Shown: one piece after another, positions 49,786 to 64,000 of the stretch
Numbering within the stretch: position 1 is the first letter of the stretch
Layout of the letters: each line of letters opens with the position of its first letter
From: Octopus bimaculoides
Lineage: Eukaryota
Direction: 5' to 3'
Length of the DNA stretch: 64,000 bases
NCBI RefSeq assembly: GCF_001194135.2
Contig: NC_068998.1
Coordinates: 5,906,519-5,970,518 of the forward strand
The notes under the pieces: generated by a model
Told to the model about the DNA's origin: nothing
What the model saw: the letters and a program-made list of their open reading frames with translations, nothing else
The model's database searches: none
Program-made: the position numbers and the translations under genes

Positions 49786-51127
49786 NNNNNNNNNNNNNNN
49801 NNNNNNNNNNNNNNNNNNNNNNNNNNNNNNNNNNNNNNNNNNNNNNNNNNNNNNNNNNNNNNNNNNNNNNNNNNNNNNNNNNNNNNNNNNNNNNNNNNNN
49901 NNNNNNNNNNNNNNNNNNNNNNNNNNNNNNNNNNNNNNNNNNNNNNNNNNNNNNNNNNNNNNNNNNNNNNNNNNNNNNNNNNNNNNNNNNNNNNNNNNNN
50001 NNNNNNNNNNNNNNNNNNNNNNNNNNNNNNNNNNNNNNNNNNNNNNNNNNNNNNNNNNNNNNNNNNNNNNNNNNNNNNNNNNNNNNNNNNNNNNNNNNNN
50101 NNNNNNNNNNNNNNNNNNNNNNNNNNNNNNNNNNNNNNNNNNNNNNNNNNNNNNNNNNNNNNNNNNNNNNNNNNNNNATATATATATATATATATATATA
50201 CATACACCCGTTACTTTCATTTATATCGTTTTTTCTTCAAGACCTCTACATATTTTCATCACCTTCTGCTAAACCATTTATTTTATTCCTTTCAAATTTC
50301 CATTCCTATAATATTAATTACTGCAATGATATTAATTAATACTAATTATTATTATTATTCGATATTAAAATGAATGGGGATGATTCGGTTATGGTTAGCT
50401 TTGCTTGTTAGTTTATTTGTTATATTTCTGTATTCCTGAGTGAATTTCTGGTCGTTCTTCTTTTTAAAATATATTAAAATATCTTGAAAAAGATCCTCCT
50501 TGTCAGATGATGTCCAAAAGCAACAACTTCCGGTAGGGAAGACACAGAGAACAAAAATAGATGGATTATTATATTAGCTTCATATGTTGACATGAAAAAA
50601 TTGTTGTACAGATTTTGAGGGACAGACATAGCATTCTAGTGAAAGTATATGCTAGGAAATACACACACACACTATATATATGTGTGTGTGATGAGGAAAT
50701 TAATGGATTTGAAATTCTCTTAAACACAGCACATACACATGGATATACACGCACTCACACACACATGTATGTATATATATACATATATATATTCTAGAGT
50801 ATGTTCATGGATGCATGTATTTGTATATTTGGGGAACAGCTTCGCTTTTATTAAACATGTTAGCTTGAAAACAAGGCTGTGATCTCGTTTTGCCTTTTTT
50901 TTTTGTATTAAGGGCTTATCATTTTCTTAAGAATCCTATTTATATCTACACATACATATCTACACATACATACATACATACATACATGTGTGTGTGTTCT
51001 GTCAAACGAAGCGAAATGATTAATCTAACGATAGTATATAGTGATAACATGGCTTGAGCTGTGATGGCTAAAACGAACTAAAGAACTAACGAGGGCGTGT
51101 ACCCACTCATTCGTCTTTTCTCTCTTC

Positions 51128-51168
<41 letters not shown>

Positions 51169-52074
51169 AGGGGTAGTAGAAACCAGAGATGTAGTATAAG
51201 GAGATCAAGCAAGCCCATAATGATCACAGGCGCTCCAAAATGACCATCATATTTGCGATTCCGGACATTGTGTTATCCGTATCCCTCCCTCTCTCTCTCT
51301 CTAAGATGGTAGGGTTTTGTTTGGCTGTTATTTTTGCTTAGCCAAGCTGCTGGTGACGGTTTTTAGAAATCGACCGATTTCTTTTTCCTTTGGCGTTATT
51401 TCGCCCCAGGTCAGCTTCGATTAAGCAAACCTATGCTCAAAGGCCTCACTTCCATGACCATCCCGTCTTTTTTTTTTTTTTTTTGTCTGGTAAACTATAT
51501 TTTGCTTTATATCAATCAGTTTGTTCTTCCATTTNNNNNNNNNNCTGGTAAACTATATTTTGCTTTATATCAATCAGTTTGTTCTTCCATTTTTGTTCTT
51601 TTTTATCTTTTCATAGAACGGTTGGGTGTAAATTGACGAGATTGATATTGGCTGTTATTTCTCGCACAACGAGCGATCACATAGTGGTTTTATTCTGTTT
51701 TGATGTGGAAAATTGTATCTCATTGATGTGATTCGGCCGGGGGTGGCAATAAATATAAAATGAAACCATTCTACCATCATCAAAGCCGGAAAAAAGAAAG
51801 TTAATTGGGAAATATAGGTATCTACTCGTGAGACTTAAATTAAATTCTATTAATTAATTAATTTCTCTTAAACGTTTCCTACCCTAACACTTGGGTATTT
51901 TTTTTTTTACCTTTTACATATCAATTTTTTTTTCTTTTTGTCCTTTTTATACCGAAACAATTATTGTACAGGCTTCTGTTACAGGTACGAGTAGGCTTTC
52001 GGATCGAGCTCTGATCCCCTACTTTGTGGCCACATCAGTCGAGTCGGATGGCAATTCTAATCATCATCATCATG

Positions 52075-52692
52075 GTTATCGTTGGATAGCAGAATCGTTA
52101 GCGCTTCGAAGAAAACGTTCGGTAGAAATTTGTTCCGGCTCTTTACACGCTGAGTTCTCATCCCATCGAGGTTAATTTTGCCTTTCATCCCTTCCGGGGT
52201 CGATAAGTAAAGTACCAGTCAAGCACTGAGGTCGATGTAATCGACAGGACTCCTCTCCTGTTCCCGAATTTCAGGTCTTGTGCTTATAGTAGAAAAGATT
52301 ATTATTATTAGTAGTAGTAGCTGTAGTAGGGCGGCGGGCTGGCAGAATCGTTAGCACGCCGGGCAAAGTGCTTAGCGGCATTTCGTCCGTTTTTGCGTTC
52401 TGAGTTCAAAATCCGCCGAGGTCGACTTTGCTTTTATCCTTTCAGGGTCGATTAAATAAGTACCAGTTGATTACTGGGGTCGATGTAATCGACTAGCCCC
52501 TTCCTCCAAAATGTTTGGCCTTGTGCCTATAATGGTAAGGATTATTATTATTAACAATAGTATGGCGAGTGAATTGGCAGAACCGGTAGAGCGACATACA
52601 AAACACTCACTATATTTAGTTGCGTCCCTTTAAGTTCTGAGTTCGAACCCTTCTTTCGATTGACTTTTTTTTTATTCTTCCAGGGTCGATAA
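52075..52692 (+). mobile_element. Three head-to-tail SINE family D copies separated by (ATT)n/(AGT)n tails
   Basis: Repeated gcagaatcgttag / gagttc / gggtcgat units starting at about 52075, 52330 and 52560; the third runs into an N-gap. Confidence 0.8.
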
Positions 52693-52991
52693 NNNNNNNN
52701 NNNNNNNNNNNNNNNNNNNNNNNNNNNNNNNNNNNNNNNNNNNNNNNNNNNNNNNNNNNNNNNNNNNNNNNNNNNNNNNNNNNNNNNNNNNNNNNNNNNN
52801 NNNNNNNNNNNNNNNNNNNNNNNNNNNNNNNNNNNNNNNNNNNNNNNNNNNNNNNNNNNNNNNNNNNNNNNNNNNNNNNNNNNNNNNNNNNNNNNNNNNN
52901 NNNNNNNNNNNNNNNNNNNNNNNNNNNNNNNNNNNNNNNNNNNNNNNNNNNNNNNNNNNNNNNNNNNNNNNNNNNNNNNNNNNNNNNNNNN

Positions 52992-53521
52992 TTTTTTTTT
53001 CTTTGCCTCCCTCCTTCTAAAATTAGTCGTTAGAAATGATAATAATTATTAAGTTACTCGACTTCTCTCTCTCCGCCCCGCTCTTAGTCGAATATAGTAG
53101 CAGTAATTTTACTACGACAGCGCTGGTCCTCTCTGTTATTATTATTATTATTGCGAGAGAGCAAATGGATTATCCAGGCTTGGTGATTCAGTTAACATTT
53201 ACGGCCCTTTATTTTCCCAACCGTTTCAAATCCCTTCCATATCGACTTCTGTGTTTTTTTGTTGTTTTTTTTCATCTCCCCCGGGTTCTGTAAAATAAAG
53301 TACCACTGAAAATACTGTCGGCGTGTGTGGGGTGGGTGGGTTCAACCGATTTCGTTTCGCCTTTTTTTTTTCTTTGCCTCCCTCCTTCTAAAATTAGTCG
53401 TTAGAAATGATAATAATTATTAAGTTACTCGACTTCTCTCTCTCCGCCCCGCTCTTAGTCGAATATAGTAGCAGTAATTTTACTACGACAGCGCTGGTCC
53501 TCTCTGTTATTATTATTATTA
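52992..53521. repeat. About 160-bp exact direct duplication (52992-53150 / 53361-53521)
   Basis: Identical ctttgcctccctccttctaaaattagtcg...cctctctgttattattattatta copies, the first directly after an N-gap. Confidence 0.85.
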
Positions 53522-55013
53522 TTTTTTTCTTCTTCTCTTCCTTTTCCGACTTGACATTTTCGAAATAAATAATTTTACGAATCCCCAGTCTTTCTTTTGC
53601 ACACATAGTGTGTGTGTGTGTTCCTTTCAATTTACTCTATGTAGTCACACTTCTTATCCTTATCCCTTGCTATTAATCTCTTCATTTAAAAGGTAGCTTA
53701 GGTTATCACGATGATTTTTCTTTCATTATCATTGCTCATTCATTTTCTGTCAATTTTTACCTGTGTTGATGGTGATCTGTTTTATATAATATATAATATC
53801 TGTATATATATACATATAATAGATTTTAATATCAGTATTGTGAGAACAAGGTTCCTGGAAATATAATTGAGCTTCATGTTGCTGTGTGTGTNNNNNNNNN
53901 NATATACACACATACACATAGGCTATGAATGTTATGGTTAATCCGAAGTTTAAGGTCGATTTGTCTTTGTTATTTAGTTTTTATCACTATGCCCGTTGTT
54001 GTTGATATAGTTGTTAACGTTGTTTATCATAATAATGAAATAATGAAGTGATAATTAAGGGACGAGTTATGAATATCTAATTCAGTTGTATTTTATATTT
54101 ATTTCGCGTACGCTCTGACTTCATCATTTCTATCGCAACTTACGCTATCTCTAGAATGGTCGTATCTATCTTAAGACTTGTTTCGTCGTAACTCATCTTT
54201 TTGTAGCACTGTCGCTAAATACTTAATTCCTCAAGCTTCCTCTTCGAATTTTGTTTTTTTTTTCTTTTTCTTTTTCGTCTTTTGATTTATTTTCCCCCCT
54301 CCCGCCTTACCACCACCAAGGCAGAGAAATTCTAGCGTCGTAATGGCATGGTGGTAGAAGAAATTTTTCAACCGGTAGTGGTCGTGGTGGCGGTGATGTC
54401 TTGTGCTTTTAGACTGTGATGTAAGTCCCAAGTATCTTGTTTAATCAGGAGGAACATTTTCGGCATCCCACTGCGAAAAAAATTTGGTAGGAGTGAGAAG
54501 GAATCGTGATATTAAGAGTAAAAGAGGTTTCGAAAATTCTGTTATTTCTGTGTTAGGGCTTAAAAGCTTGTGCACTCGTTCCAAAGGCTAACTGGGTATA
54601 AATTGAGTAATAACGCACCTTGTGTGTGAGTGCGTGTAATTTATATGTACATACCACGAAGATGCATATCTAGATGTATGCATATGTATTTGTGATTGCG
54701 TATATATTTATATACACTCACACAAGGTACCGATTTGTTTAATGTCTACATTTGCCTATACATGTTGTTATATGTGTATATTGTGCATCTGTTGCGCGTG
54801 CATATATATGCTAATGTCGATATTTGTAAATATTGTTTAAATGCATGTCTATATATTTGTCTGATATCTATATACATATGCTTGTACTCAAATTGATTTT
54901 AGATCGAAAAAAATCATCCACCCCCCTCCTTTCATCGCACATATACACACACGTCTCAATAACCTCTTGTATAGCATATCCAAGCTGTCTGCAGAAAAAC
55001 GTGTGTGCGTGCC

Positions 55014-55064
<51 letters not shown>

Positions 55065-55359
55065 GTGTGTGTGTGTGTGTGCATTAAATTCTATATTTAG
55101 TTATTTGTTTACAGAAAGACAAGAGGCACTAAACGGTCGATCAGCCGCTTGTATTGGCTTTATTTCACAAACCCGTTCACGCTAGCGTGTCTATGGTTTC
55201 AGCCACAGACTCACACACACACATGTGTGTGGTGTGTGTATGTGCACGCACACGCGATCATGCACATTTAATGTTGTGTGAAACCTGCTGTGACAACTGG
55301 TGTCGTTGTGTGTTTTTTTTTTAATTATTGTTATTATCAGTCAACGAGAGATGTTTGAA

Positions 55360-55800
55360 GTTGTTCTCCTAGCTAGAAATAACAGCTAAATTCTCAATTT
55401 TCTCTTCAAATCACACCCTACCGGCTTAAAAAAAAAAAAAAAAAGCAAAGAAAATGCACGAGATAATGTAGTCCTATATACTATGTATCTCGAAGAACGN
55501 NNNNNNNNNAAGAACGGTTTTGTTCTGAGCCAAGAACGTCTTTGATCCAGGTTTTCTTGGACCAGGGTGAATGACCTGGGCTTCAACAACAGCGTCAAAG
55601 CACTCTGAACCGACGAGGGAACTTCTCTGCCATTGCTCGAGCTGCTGGACATAGCGACGAAAATCAACCTCCTCGTATCGGTCATACTCTGTCGTCGTCT
55701 TTGGATAATGTCGTTTTCGGTACGAGTTGGTTGCGACTGATACATATTTGATGATAGGTTTTGCGCAACGAAAGCTCACCTGGGGTTAATAATAGTAGTA
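55360..55800 (+). mobile_element. Two tandem diverged copies of an old (AAC)n-tailed interspersed repeat
   Basis: Aligns by eye to a family also seen at about 3700-3790, 6895-7110, 13800-13930, 23085-23270, 46895-47090, 51310-51470(-) and 57455-57680 (gctagaaatagcagccaaat...ccctcaaatcacac...gataatgtagtcc...tgacctgggct..aacaac). Confidence 0.7.
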
Positions 55801-57837
55801 ATAACACGAAGTTAGCGAATGTACCTAACTTAGGTTAGTTTTAATTACATTATTCATACCCTAGCATTTTATGTAGTGCTACAAAACCTCTAAAATGATG
55901 ACAGGTTGACCATGTTTAGAATATTTTCTAGTTCAGTGTTGGCTTGGTAGACAACTAGTATTGTTTTCCCTTTCTTGTATAGTGTACTGATAGTTGTTTA
56001 ATTTGTCCCTTTTTTCATGTTTGTATTATTCCTCTCTTCCCCACTCTCCATTGATATTATGGATGTCATCACTAAACCTGTTAGGGAGTCATGAACATCA
56101 TTGCTTCCCATGGTGAGCCGTCATATTATACATGCCTAAGGCTTTGTTGCTCAGTGTTCTCACTCATCCCACCCACAAGATCATTTGGACAATTTCAAAA
56201 AATACACTTGTTCAGTTTGTGCCAATGAAGGAGTGTCCATGCAGGGGTTTCTCAGTCTACTNNNNNNNNNNCATTTCACAGTTTTTTTTTTTTTTTCGTT
56301 TAAAAAAAAAAAAAAAGGATACGTTTGCTAATAATACGTAGTTGTAATCTTCCACTATGCAATATGACACAGACAAGATGTCATTTACTGCCAGAATGTT
56401 TTTGAGCAAAACTCTTATTCCATAAGCTCTGACCTGGAGCTCAACAACAGGTTCTAACCATTTGACTGATTGGATTCTGTCTCTCTTTCTCTCTCAAAAC
56501 ATACTTTTGCACTTCATCTTATGAATAAGAATGACCATCACACAATCTCGTTTTCTGTTTCCTTCACTTTAAAGAACCAATTTCAGCAGGTAGTTGACTT
56601 TCAATTTTAAGTTGAAACTAATTTAAGTGAAGACATGTAAAGAAAAAATAAAATAAAATAAATTTTTTTGCATAGGCACAAAGTTATATCGACCCCCACA
56701 GAAGGACAAAAGATAAAGTTTTATCTCAGCAAGACTAAATTTGTTTTTCAAAAGAATACATTGTGAAATTTTCAGCTAATTGGTTTCATGGTTTGGTTTT
56801 GATTTCTGGCTAAGGAAGACATTTCATTTAAGTTGATAATTTTCGTTCTAATTATCAGTAAGTGTTGCAACACAATATTTCTTTTAAGAAATGACAGGAT
56901 TCTTAACTTTTTTTGATGATGGATTACAGAAACGTTTGAATGTCATTCTTAAATGCTTAATGGAAGAATTTTGGCTTGTTCTCTATGCTTTCTGAATTCT
57001 GATCCCACCAAAATCCACTGCCTTTTCCATTCTGCTGGAATCAGTATATAAGTACCAGGCATGTATATAATTTATATATCTATCCAGTAATTGGATACTC
57101 TTAGATTTAGTTCTCTCCTCACTTTTTTTTTTCTGCATGTGCTCCTGTTGGCCATCATTTTCACTAATCTAGACACCATCATGGAAATTTATATTTTTTC
57201 TAACTTAATATAATAATAAGGAAAATATAAGTATTACGTAGTTTAACACATCTTCTGTAAGGAAAATGGACCTAACCTTTAAAAAAAAAAAATGGTTTCT
57301 GACTTTTTGGTTAAAATGCTTCTCTTGGTTTGGTGTCCTGTACAAAGATGACAGAACAAACCTCAACGGTGAGTGTGTCTATTGGGTGTAATAGTGTTTC
57401 TTTCCGGTTCTCTTTCTCTTATCTGTAAGTACTTGTGAAAAACTAGGAAGGGTTGCATTAATGAGGGAATCTATGTGGTCATTCTGTCTGCTAGAAAAAA
57501 GCAACCAGATCTCCCTCAGATAACAATCTGCTGTCTTTAAACAAACAAACAAACAAAACAAGACAAAGCAGGTTGGGGTGGGAAGAAGTTGTTAATGTAG
57601 GTATCCTTTAAAATACATTATGGTCACAGCTGGTTTTTGGCTATCGTTATGATTGACCGAGGGCTAAACAACAACTGGGAAGGGTGTTGCCATGTTCTTT
57701 TATTATTTATTTGTACTTTGCCTGTTGCTCTGACATAGATAAAAGCCATAAATACATATTGCCTGTACACACATACACACGCATTTATATACCAGCCAAT
57801 CTGACAGTATATTTGTGTCTATATATCAATTTATGTC

Positions 57838-57873
<36 letters not shown>

Positions 57874-58689
57874 GTATATCCATACATATATATATGTGTG
57901 TGTGTGTGTGTGTAAGAAGCTCACACACCTGTGCGAGTGCTTATCAGTATATCTACCTGTCTGTTTATTAATTATGAAAGCTATCTACATCATCTCTACA
58001 TATCTTTAGGTATATGTGTCTTTATGCAATCACATATACACCCACATCTGTCACTAATATATCTCTCTATATCTCTTGTGTGTGTGTGTCTCTCTCTCTA
58101 TAGCAATCTGTTTTTCTTATTGTCTCTCTCCCCGGTATTATATACATATACACACACACATATATATATATATGTATATCTCAATGAATCTTAAATGTTC
58201 TTACTACCTACCAAACAAACCAATGTCTACTTACTAAAGAACCTACCCTCACCATCACATTTACATTACTAGTTTTACTTTGGTTCGTAGATATTAAATT
58301 TCCATCTTGCAAAATTCTCCTTGCATGGTTTTCCTTACCTCATTCCCACCTTCATCCGTTTCTCGAAGAATTTCGTAATTCTGGACTGTTTAAAGACGCT
58401 CTCACCCTTCCTCACACAAACACTGAGATGTTTAATAGTAAATAAAGTCATTATGGAAGACTATGTATGTCTTATTTATCTGTAGCAGTCTACCTGTAGT
58501 CAGTGTGTATATGTTTGTTTGTGTCTATATGTATTTATGTTTGTGAATGTATCTATGTGCCTCTCTTCACACCTCTATGTTTGTGTATGTCTTCTTGACA
58601 CTATATCTGTCTATACCTTTTCTTATACATCTCTCTACATCACAATTCTATCCACCTATACATTTGTCCACCTACACATTTATCCACCT

Positions 58690-59560
58690 ACCCACCTAAT
58701 TATCTCTCTCTCTCTCTGTCTGTCTCTCTGCCTATCTACCTATCTATCTGCCTACCTATGTATTTATTTATCTGCCTGCCTGTCTGTCTGTCTGTCTGCC
58801 TATCTATCTATCTATCTATCTGCCTGGCTGTCTGTCTGTTTATCTATCTGCCTTTCAGTTTACCTGCGTTTCTACTTACCACCTTTCTGTTTACCGGCCT
58901 GTCTCTAAACCTTCCTATCTATCTACCTACCTCTCTACCTACCTCTCTACCTACATACCAAGCTATCTACCTATCTCTCACTATATCTCTCTATCACCCT
59001 ATCTGTCTCTCTATCTCTGTCTCTCTCTATCTGTCTTTCTCTCTCTATAAGTCTCCCTCTCTCTCTCTCTCTCTTAACTATCTCTCTTAACTATCTTTAT
59101 CCGTCTCTGTCTCTATCTATCTCTCCCTCTTTCTTTCTATCTGTCTCTCTGTCTATCTCTCTCCCTCTCTCTATCTATCTCTCTTTCCCTCTCTCTTCCA
59201 CTCTATCTATCTCTTTCCCTCTATCTCTCTTTCCCTCTCTCTATCTCTCTTTCCTTCCCTCTATCTATCTCTCTTTCCTTCTCTCTATCTATCTCTCTTT
59301 CCCTCTCTCTATCTATCTCTCTTTCCTTCTCTCTATCTCTTTTCCTCTCTCTCTCTCTCTCTCTCTCTCCCCCTATACTTCCATTTATATCTATCAATCC
59401 ATATTTACCTATCTCAACCTGTATTGCCATCTACCTCTCTGTCTACTACCTCTATCTATATATCTATTTATATATGTGTGTATGTATCTCCATCTCTCAA
59501 TCTATCTGACTGTCTCTATAGGCCACTCTCCTTTTCTATCTCTCTCAATTTCTCTATCTC
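58690..59560. repeat. Compound (TCTA/TCTG/CT)n microsatellite block, representative of dozens of TA, CA, GA, GAT, ATT and TAC tracts across the window
   Basis: Direct inspection; similar blocks at about 4780-5140, 5990-6310, 19420-19531, 31850-32250, 60310-60530, 62280-62710. Confidence 0.95.
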
Positions 59561-60469
59561 TATCCACCATGTGTAATGTGCATATATTTATCTGTTGCTA
59601 GATATGTAGTTTCACCTGCCTGTTGGTATACCTGCCCACCTGTTGATCTGTGCATCTACCCACCTGTCAGTTTCTTCAGATATATACCTACCTGTCTATC
59701 TGTTGATATATGTCTCCTGAGTTTCTTAGTTATATAACTAAAAACGCTGTCCAAAATAGTATTCAATACCTATTTTAATGTACAATTCATATTCTCTTAT
59801 ATAACTGGATTTTGGGCTTTGTATCGCACTTACCAAATATTTACTCCTCAAAATTGCAAGTGAAAGACACCACTTATATGACAGTGACACTCATTTACAA
59901 GTATCGCCCAAAGTCAAGGGCGAAAGGATGGCTGTGTGTTGTAGTTTGCTTTCTAACTAGATGATTTTGGGCAAGTGTCTCCTACTAAAACCTTGGGCCA
60001 ACCAAATCCTTGTGAGTGGTTTCGTTAGACAGAACCTGAAAGAAACCAGATGTGTGTGTGTGTGTGTGTGTGTGTGCACATGTTTGTCTCTCTTTGTCTT
60101 GACATAGTGTGATAGTTGTAAATGAGTGTCACTCATAAGCTGTGTCATTCATTTTCCTGTGGCCAGACCTGATGGCTATAGGAAAATATTACCTTGCTTG
60201 GAGATAAGGGAGGGCTGGTTCTAGGAAGGACATCTAGCCGTAGTAAAACTGCTTCGACAAACTCCATCTGACCCGTGCAAACTTGGAAAAGTGAATGTTA
60301 AAGTGATGGATGGATGTATGTGTGTGTGTGTGTGTGTGTGTCTATCTATATATATGTGCGTGTGTGTGTGTGTCTATATATACATGTGTGTATGTGTGTG
60401 TGTATATAGGTATACTTGTGTTTATATATGCATGCATATTTTTATGCGTATATCTTTGTGTATTTATGT

Positions 60470-60505
<36 letters not shown>

Positions 60506-61264
60506 GGGTGTCTGTATGTATATAGGTGTTTGTGTGTGTGTATTTTATGCACAACTCAGCAGTGTCCAAAGTTTAGAGTCTTCTCTGAAAACATGTCAGG
60601 CCATAAGGGATACTATTACCTTACACACACACACACATTGTTTAAATTCCCCTGTTCTATACTTGCGTGGGTCTGGTAGAATTTGTCGAGGCAGATTTTC
60701 CACTGCTGGATGCCCACCCTGTCGCTAACACACACCTGTTTTCAAGCAAGTTAACATTTCTCCGTAGCCAGACATGTTTTACACGGAAGACTGGAAACGA
60801 ACAACACCGCTTGTATGAGGGTGATGCTCATTTACAAACCATCATGTGATGTCAAAGCAAGGGTATACATATACGCGCGCGGCTTTCGGTTTCCATCTAC
60901 CAGATCTACTCACAAGGCTTTAATTGGCCCGGGGCTATAGTAGATGACACTTGCCCAAGGTGCCATGCAGTGGGGCTCAACCAAAGACCACATGGTTGGG
61001 AAGTTAGCTTCTTAAACACAGTACGCCTGCACCTTATGTGTGTGTGTTCCTTTGTGTACAATGCGTACGTATGTGTGCATATGTATGTCTGTGTTTGTGT
61101 TGTTATAAATATATATATATATATATATGATAGATAGATAGATCTATGTATGTGTAGATTTGGATGTATATATTAATATATATACCATTGTTTACGTACA
61201 TATATTCACACACACACACACACACACGTGTGTGTATAAATACATACATACACACACACACACA

Positions 61265-61308
<44 letters not shown>

Positions 61309-62663
61309 CTTTCTTGAAGACGATCAGAAGCGGTAAATGATAATGAAGTGGGATGGGGAAGAGTGAAGAGATGTAGGGAGTGTGTGAAGGAGAAACTCAC
61401 ATTTTATTACAGATTTATTATTATTATTATTTTCAATATCTTATTCTATTTATCTTACTGATTCGTGTTCTTAATTATTTTAATTCTACAATTCCAAAGC
61501 TGGCTACAATCGCTCGATTGTAATGTTATTGAATGCTCTCGCTCTCTCTCTCTCACGTACACACCCTTCTTCGTCTTCTCTCAGCAATACTTCAACAACC
61601 GCCGCTACTACCACCATCCACGTTACCACCATCCGATTTAAAAGCAGTCGGTGCTTGTTAATGTTGATGATGGTGGTGGTGGTAGTTGTAATGGTAGTAG
61701 AAGTAATAGTAGTGGTAGTAGTGGTTGTGGTGACGGTGGTTATGGCTGAAGGAGATGGTTGCGGCGGCAGCTACGGCGGCGGTGGTGGCGGTGGCGGCGG
61801 CGGCGCTAGCTTGTCACATGCAAGCAACGTCCTTTTGTTCGGTGAAAAGAAACTACAGAATAAATAAATAAATAAATGAAATGAAATGAAACGAAATGAA
61901 ACTAGAGGAAATATCTATCGATAAAGATCTGTGTTGTTGTTCTTGTTCTTGTCGTAGTTGTTGCTGTGGTTGTTACACTAGCACCGCTGATGTCAGTGTC
62001 CTTGAGAAATGCATGAACGTCACACAGTCTCATTTCGCTTCGTTTATATTATAAACGCGAAGTGTGTGTGTGTGTGTGAACGGAAGAAATTATCTTTGTT
62101 GAAATTTAATCACTTCAAATGGTTTCTTCTGACAAAATAGATTTCAGTGGTTTTTATTGTTTATAAGATAGACATTTTTGGTAAATGTGTTGGTATTTGG
62201 TCTTCTGGTGTATCTCCCTTTTTTCATTTTATTTATTGCATTTTGTTAGGGGGGATGGGTAAGGTGAGATCGGGGCTGGATGTCTATCTATCTATCTTAA
62301 CTGTCTATCTATTTATCTATCTATCTATCTATTTTAACTGTCTCTCTGTCTCTATCTATCTATCTATTTATTTATCTATCTATCTATCTGTGTGTGTGTG
62401 TCTTATTCTATCTTTCTATCTCTGTCTCTCTGTCTCTGTTTACCTCTATTTCCGTGTCTTAACTCGGTATATCTATCTGCCTCTTCTTTCCTCGTTTTCT
62501 TATCACCCACATTCAATCTTCGTTACCATCATCATCATCATCATCTTCACAACCGCCACTACCATCAGTCATCATCATCATCATCATCATCATCAATCTC
62601 ATCATCATGCACCGCAGCTGCCCTAGTTCTTTCGCCTACCTCAAGTCTTTTCTTTTCCTCTCT

Positions 62664-62710
<47 letters not shown>

Positions 62711-64000
62711 CCCATCACTATTTTGAGCTTTTGTGTTGTCAAGCCGTCAAAAGCTTGCAGTCCTCCTTTTACGATAGTCAGAAAGTCACAGCATTCTGAG
62801 ATGGTTCTCTCTTCTCTCTTCTATGTGTTATGTATTCCGTGTTAAGTTTGACGTTTGATTGTATCATTATGTATGCTTTTTGCTGACTCTTCTTTCCTAC
62901 CACGCCCCTCCCCCCTCCCCATCTCTCCTNNNNNNNNNNGATGTCACATGAATTGAATTTTTATGTTTAGAAATTATGTAATTAATTAATATCAGAAAGG
63001 AATTTTATTCTCGCTTCTGAGGTGGTTGAAGAAATCAGGAACATGACCACCACTAAAATAGAGGTCAACCTCTGGCACGCCAAGTCCACACGTCCTGTTT
63101 TTCTTTTTTTTCTTTTTTTTTTTCTTCTTTTTCTTCTATTGTCCTGTTCTAGCTATTTTGTATTTCTCTTCTTTATCTCACTGATATTATACTAGCAAGG
63201 TATGAAATTCATAACCTGCTATTTATGTAGGTTTCTTTGGAAAAAAGATTCCAAGCCTCAGTTCTATGTTGAAATCAAAATTAATGTAGGTACCGTGGAG
63301 TGGCAGAGCTTTGGATGAAAATACCTGATGGAATCTAATTTTTACAGCCTTACCTGTCCAAGTTTTTGACTCAAATCTTGCTAAGATTAACGTTGCTTCT
63401 TCTGATGGGGATTTGGGGGTTAATAATGTAATTATCAGGTATGTGTTACAATCAATTTGCCCTCTTAAATGTGTGACCTTGTGCCATTATGACTTATTAT
63501 TATAGCACAGTGGCTAGCAGAACAATATGAGAAACCTTGTGCTGTCTGTTAGAATCAGAAGAGTGATGGTAAAAATTTTTTGTGGTGGATGGTAGGATTG
63601 GGTAAGCAATGGCAAAGAAGCTGGTGGAATTGGTAGAGCAATAGAGGAGTTTTTCTTACGGGTGGCAAAATTGGTACGATGAAGCAGAAAATAGAAGTTG
63701 CCTTCAGTTATGTTTGTGTTTTAAGTTCAAATCCCAGTGGTTCAATTTTTTGCTTTTTATTGTTTGCTGGTCAATTTGTCCCATTCAACTTCTTGCGTTG
63801 ATCTGTTCCATCCCACCCACCTATCTCTTGTCAATTTTATCTGTTAGAAAAATTATTTTATTGTAAAAGTCGAAAAACTACTTTAAAATGTGGATCTGAA
63901 TTGTTTCTGTGTCTCAATATGTCTACTGTTGAGTTCAGTCTGTTTCAATGAAATCAGTATCAATGACCTTATATTTAGAAGTCTGTACACACCCTCTTAT

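Noticed and set aside
51487-51592. 48-bp direct repeat on both sides of a 10-N gap (similar overlap at 55500)
   Set aside because: Typical unmerged contig overlap; an assembly artefact.
55474-55779. Protein-like minus-strand ORF (VSFRCAKPIIKY...EVDFRRYVQQLEQW...) and overlapping ORF 55386-55745
   Set aside because: The whole stretch aligns by eye to two tandem diverged copies of the old (AAC)n-tailed repeat family. ORFs are open in several frames on both strands, which points to composition rather than coding.
61523-61867. ORF with poly-V/poly-G and GC-rich (GGC)n
   Set aside because: A compound trinucleotide repeat tract with no coding context.

Overview
Eukaryotic (animal) draft-assembly scaffold: AT-rich, very rich in microsatellites, with about 16 N-gaps. 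The repeat landscape looks like an octopus genome; that assignment is an inference from recalled repeat families, not a search. The only well-supported protein-coding gene is CDC40/PRP17 (pre-mRNA-processing factor 17) on the minus strand. Coding exons 1-4 (48537-48376, 30393-30307, 8580-8451, 1698-1618) give 460 nt in one continuous frame with GT-AG introns of about 18, 21.7 and 6.75 kb, and the gene continues off the left edge. Its promoter (CCAAT boxes, YY1-like motif) also carries a strong splice donor on the plus strand, suggesting a divergent transcript. The introns and upstream region are mostly mobile-element debris: several tRNA-derived SINE families (some young, with intact target-site duplications), RTE-clade LINE fragments, a decayed DD37D (maT) Tc1/mariner transposon, and TTAA-flanked and hAT-like MITEs. 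Nearly all ORFs in the supplied track are microsatellite or N-gap artefacts. No prokaryotic-type system (CRISPR, operon, defence island) is present, and I cannot support a new protein-coding system. The most unusual signals are two perfect inverted copies of local unique sequence attached to (TA)n tracts (71 bp and 43 bp), a twin-priming-like inverted RTE insertion, modular SINEs sharing a head but swapping tails, and an apparent CpG-decay contrast between the gene body and the upstream region.
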